A DNA stretch of 64,000 bases, from positions 1,760,001 to 1,824,000 of the forward strand of contig CAXXLL010000002.1 of the NCBI GenBank assembly GCA_963662545.2. The letters are read 5' to 3'. Below, piece by piece: positions 63,211 through 64,000 of the stretch. Numbering within the stretch: the stretch's first letter is position 1; each line of letters opens with the position of its first letter. The stretch comes from Gammaproteobacteria bacterium (lineage in GTDB: Bacteria > Pseudomonadota > Gammaproteobacteria > Ga0077536). The notes below the pieces were generated by a model, which saw only the letters and a program-made list of their open reading frames with translations, ran no database searches and was not told the DNA's origin. The translations under genes were made by a program, and so were the position numbers.

Positions 63211-63537
63211 TGAGGAGGCTCCAGTGCGTTATCCGGCGGGCGCGCTGCAAATTAGATGACGACCATAGCCCGGAGTTCAATCAGGACGTAGTTCCCACCA
63301 CCCTGGCGCCGCGGGCGACGAGCCGCGGGCGAAAATACCCGTTGCCGTGGGCCGGATTCGGGGCGGCGGCTAGATTGGCGTCGATCCGGCAGCTCGCCAC
63401 TGGCCTCGGCGCGTGCATTGACCTCCAGACGCTCGCGTCATATAAGTTCGATGCCCATCATGAACGCCGACGCCAGGGCCACGTGAAAATCGTTAGAAGA
63501 AACTGATCAGGCGTCTGTCCCACGAGGAGAACATGCA

Positions 63538-64000
63538 ATGAAATTACTGAATTCCTTCGGACCGAACCCGCGGGCAGTCCGTATGTTCGCATTGGAAAAG
63601 GGGTTGGATCTGCCGACCGAAGATCTCGACCTGCTGGCAGGCGAAAACCGTGCCGAACCCTACGTCAAGAAGAACCCGGGCGGACAAATGCCGGCGCTCG
63701 AGCTCGACGACAGCACGATAATCGCCGAGACGGTGGTAATCTGCGAGTACCTCGAGGAGCTGCATCCCGAACCGGTATTGATCGGCGCCGACGCACTGGC
63801 GCGGTCAAATACACGGATGTGGTTGCGACGCGTCGAACTCAACGTTACCGAGCACATGTACAACGGCTTTCGCTACGCCGAGGGCATCGACATTTTCCGC
63901 GACCGCATGGTCTGCATACCCGAGGCGGCGGACGGACTCAAGGCCAAAGCCAAGGCCGCGCGAGAATGGTTGGATGGACTGATTGCGGGCCGGGACTACG
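63538..64000 (+). CDS. Glutathione S-transferase (runs off the window edge)
   Basis: Manual translation MKLLNSFGPNPRAVRMFALEKG...KNPGGQMPALELDD..IAETVVICEYLEE; RBS GAGGAG. Confidence 0.9.
   Translation, partial: MKLLNSFGPNPRAVRMFALEKGLDLPTEDLDLLAGENRAEPYVKKNPGGQMPALELDDSTIIAETVVICEYLEELHPEPVLIGADALARSNTRMWLRRVELNVTEHMYNGFRYAEGIDIFRDRMVCIPEAADGLKAKAKAAREWLDGLIAGRDY

Overview
GC-rich (roughly 60-65% by eye) bacterial chromosomal window, probably from a Gammaproteobacterium (inferred from ettA, putA, dmeF and REP style; not verified). Main content: (1) a selO/ydiU - phosphodiesterase - asmA run, divergent from an AhpD-like gene split by an in-frame TGA in a CxxU motif and followed by a SECIS-like hairpin (probable selenoprotein); (2) many catabolic oxidoreductases; (3) a complete low-GC IS1595-family element (23071-25789; 24-bp TIRs, 8-bp TSD) with passenger ORFs, inserted at the RBS of an internally deleted hydantoinase A/B fusion; (4) acoABC; (5) a full sulfur-oxidising sHdr-LbpA locus (tusA, lipS1-lipT-lipS2-slpl(AB)-lipX, dsrE3, shdrC1B1AHC2B2I, lbpA, YeeE/SoxT) with no sox or shdrR gene in the window; (6) putA, a diguanylate cyclase and dmeF; (7) a possible amino-lipid modification neighbourhood (OlsF-like, ferritin-like di-iron, fatty-acid hydroxylase) with a 66-bp tandem repeat. 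No rRNA, tRNA or CRISPR array was recognised. All calls come from motif recognition by eye; no database searches were run.
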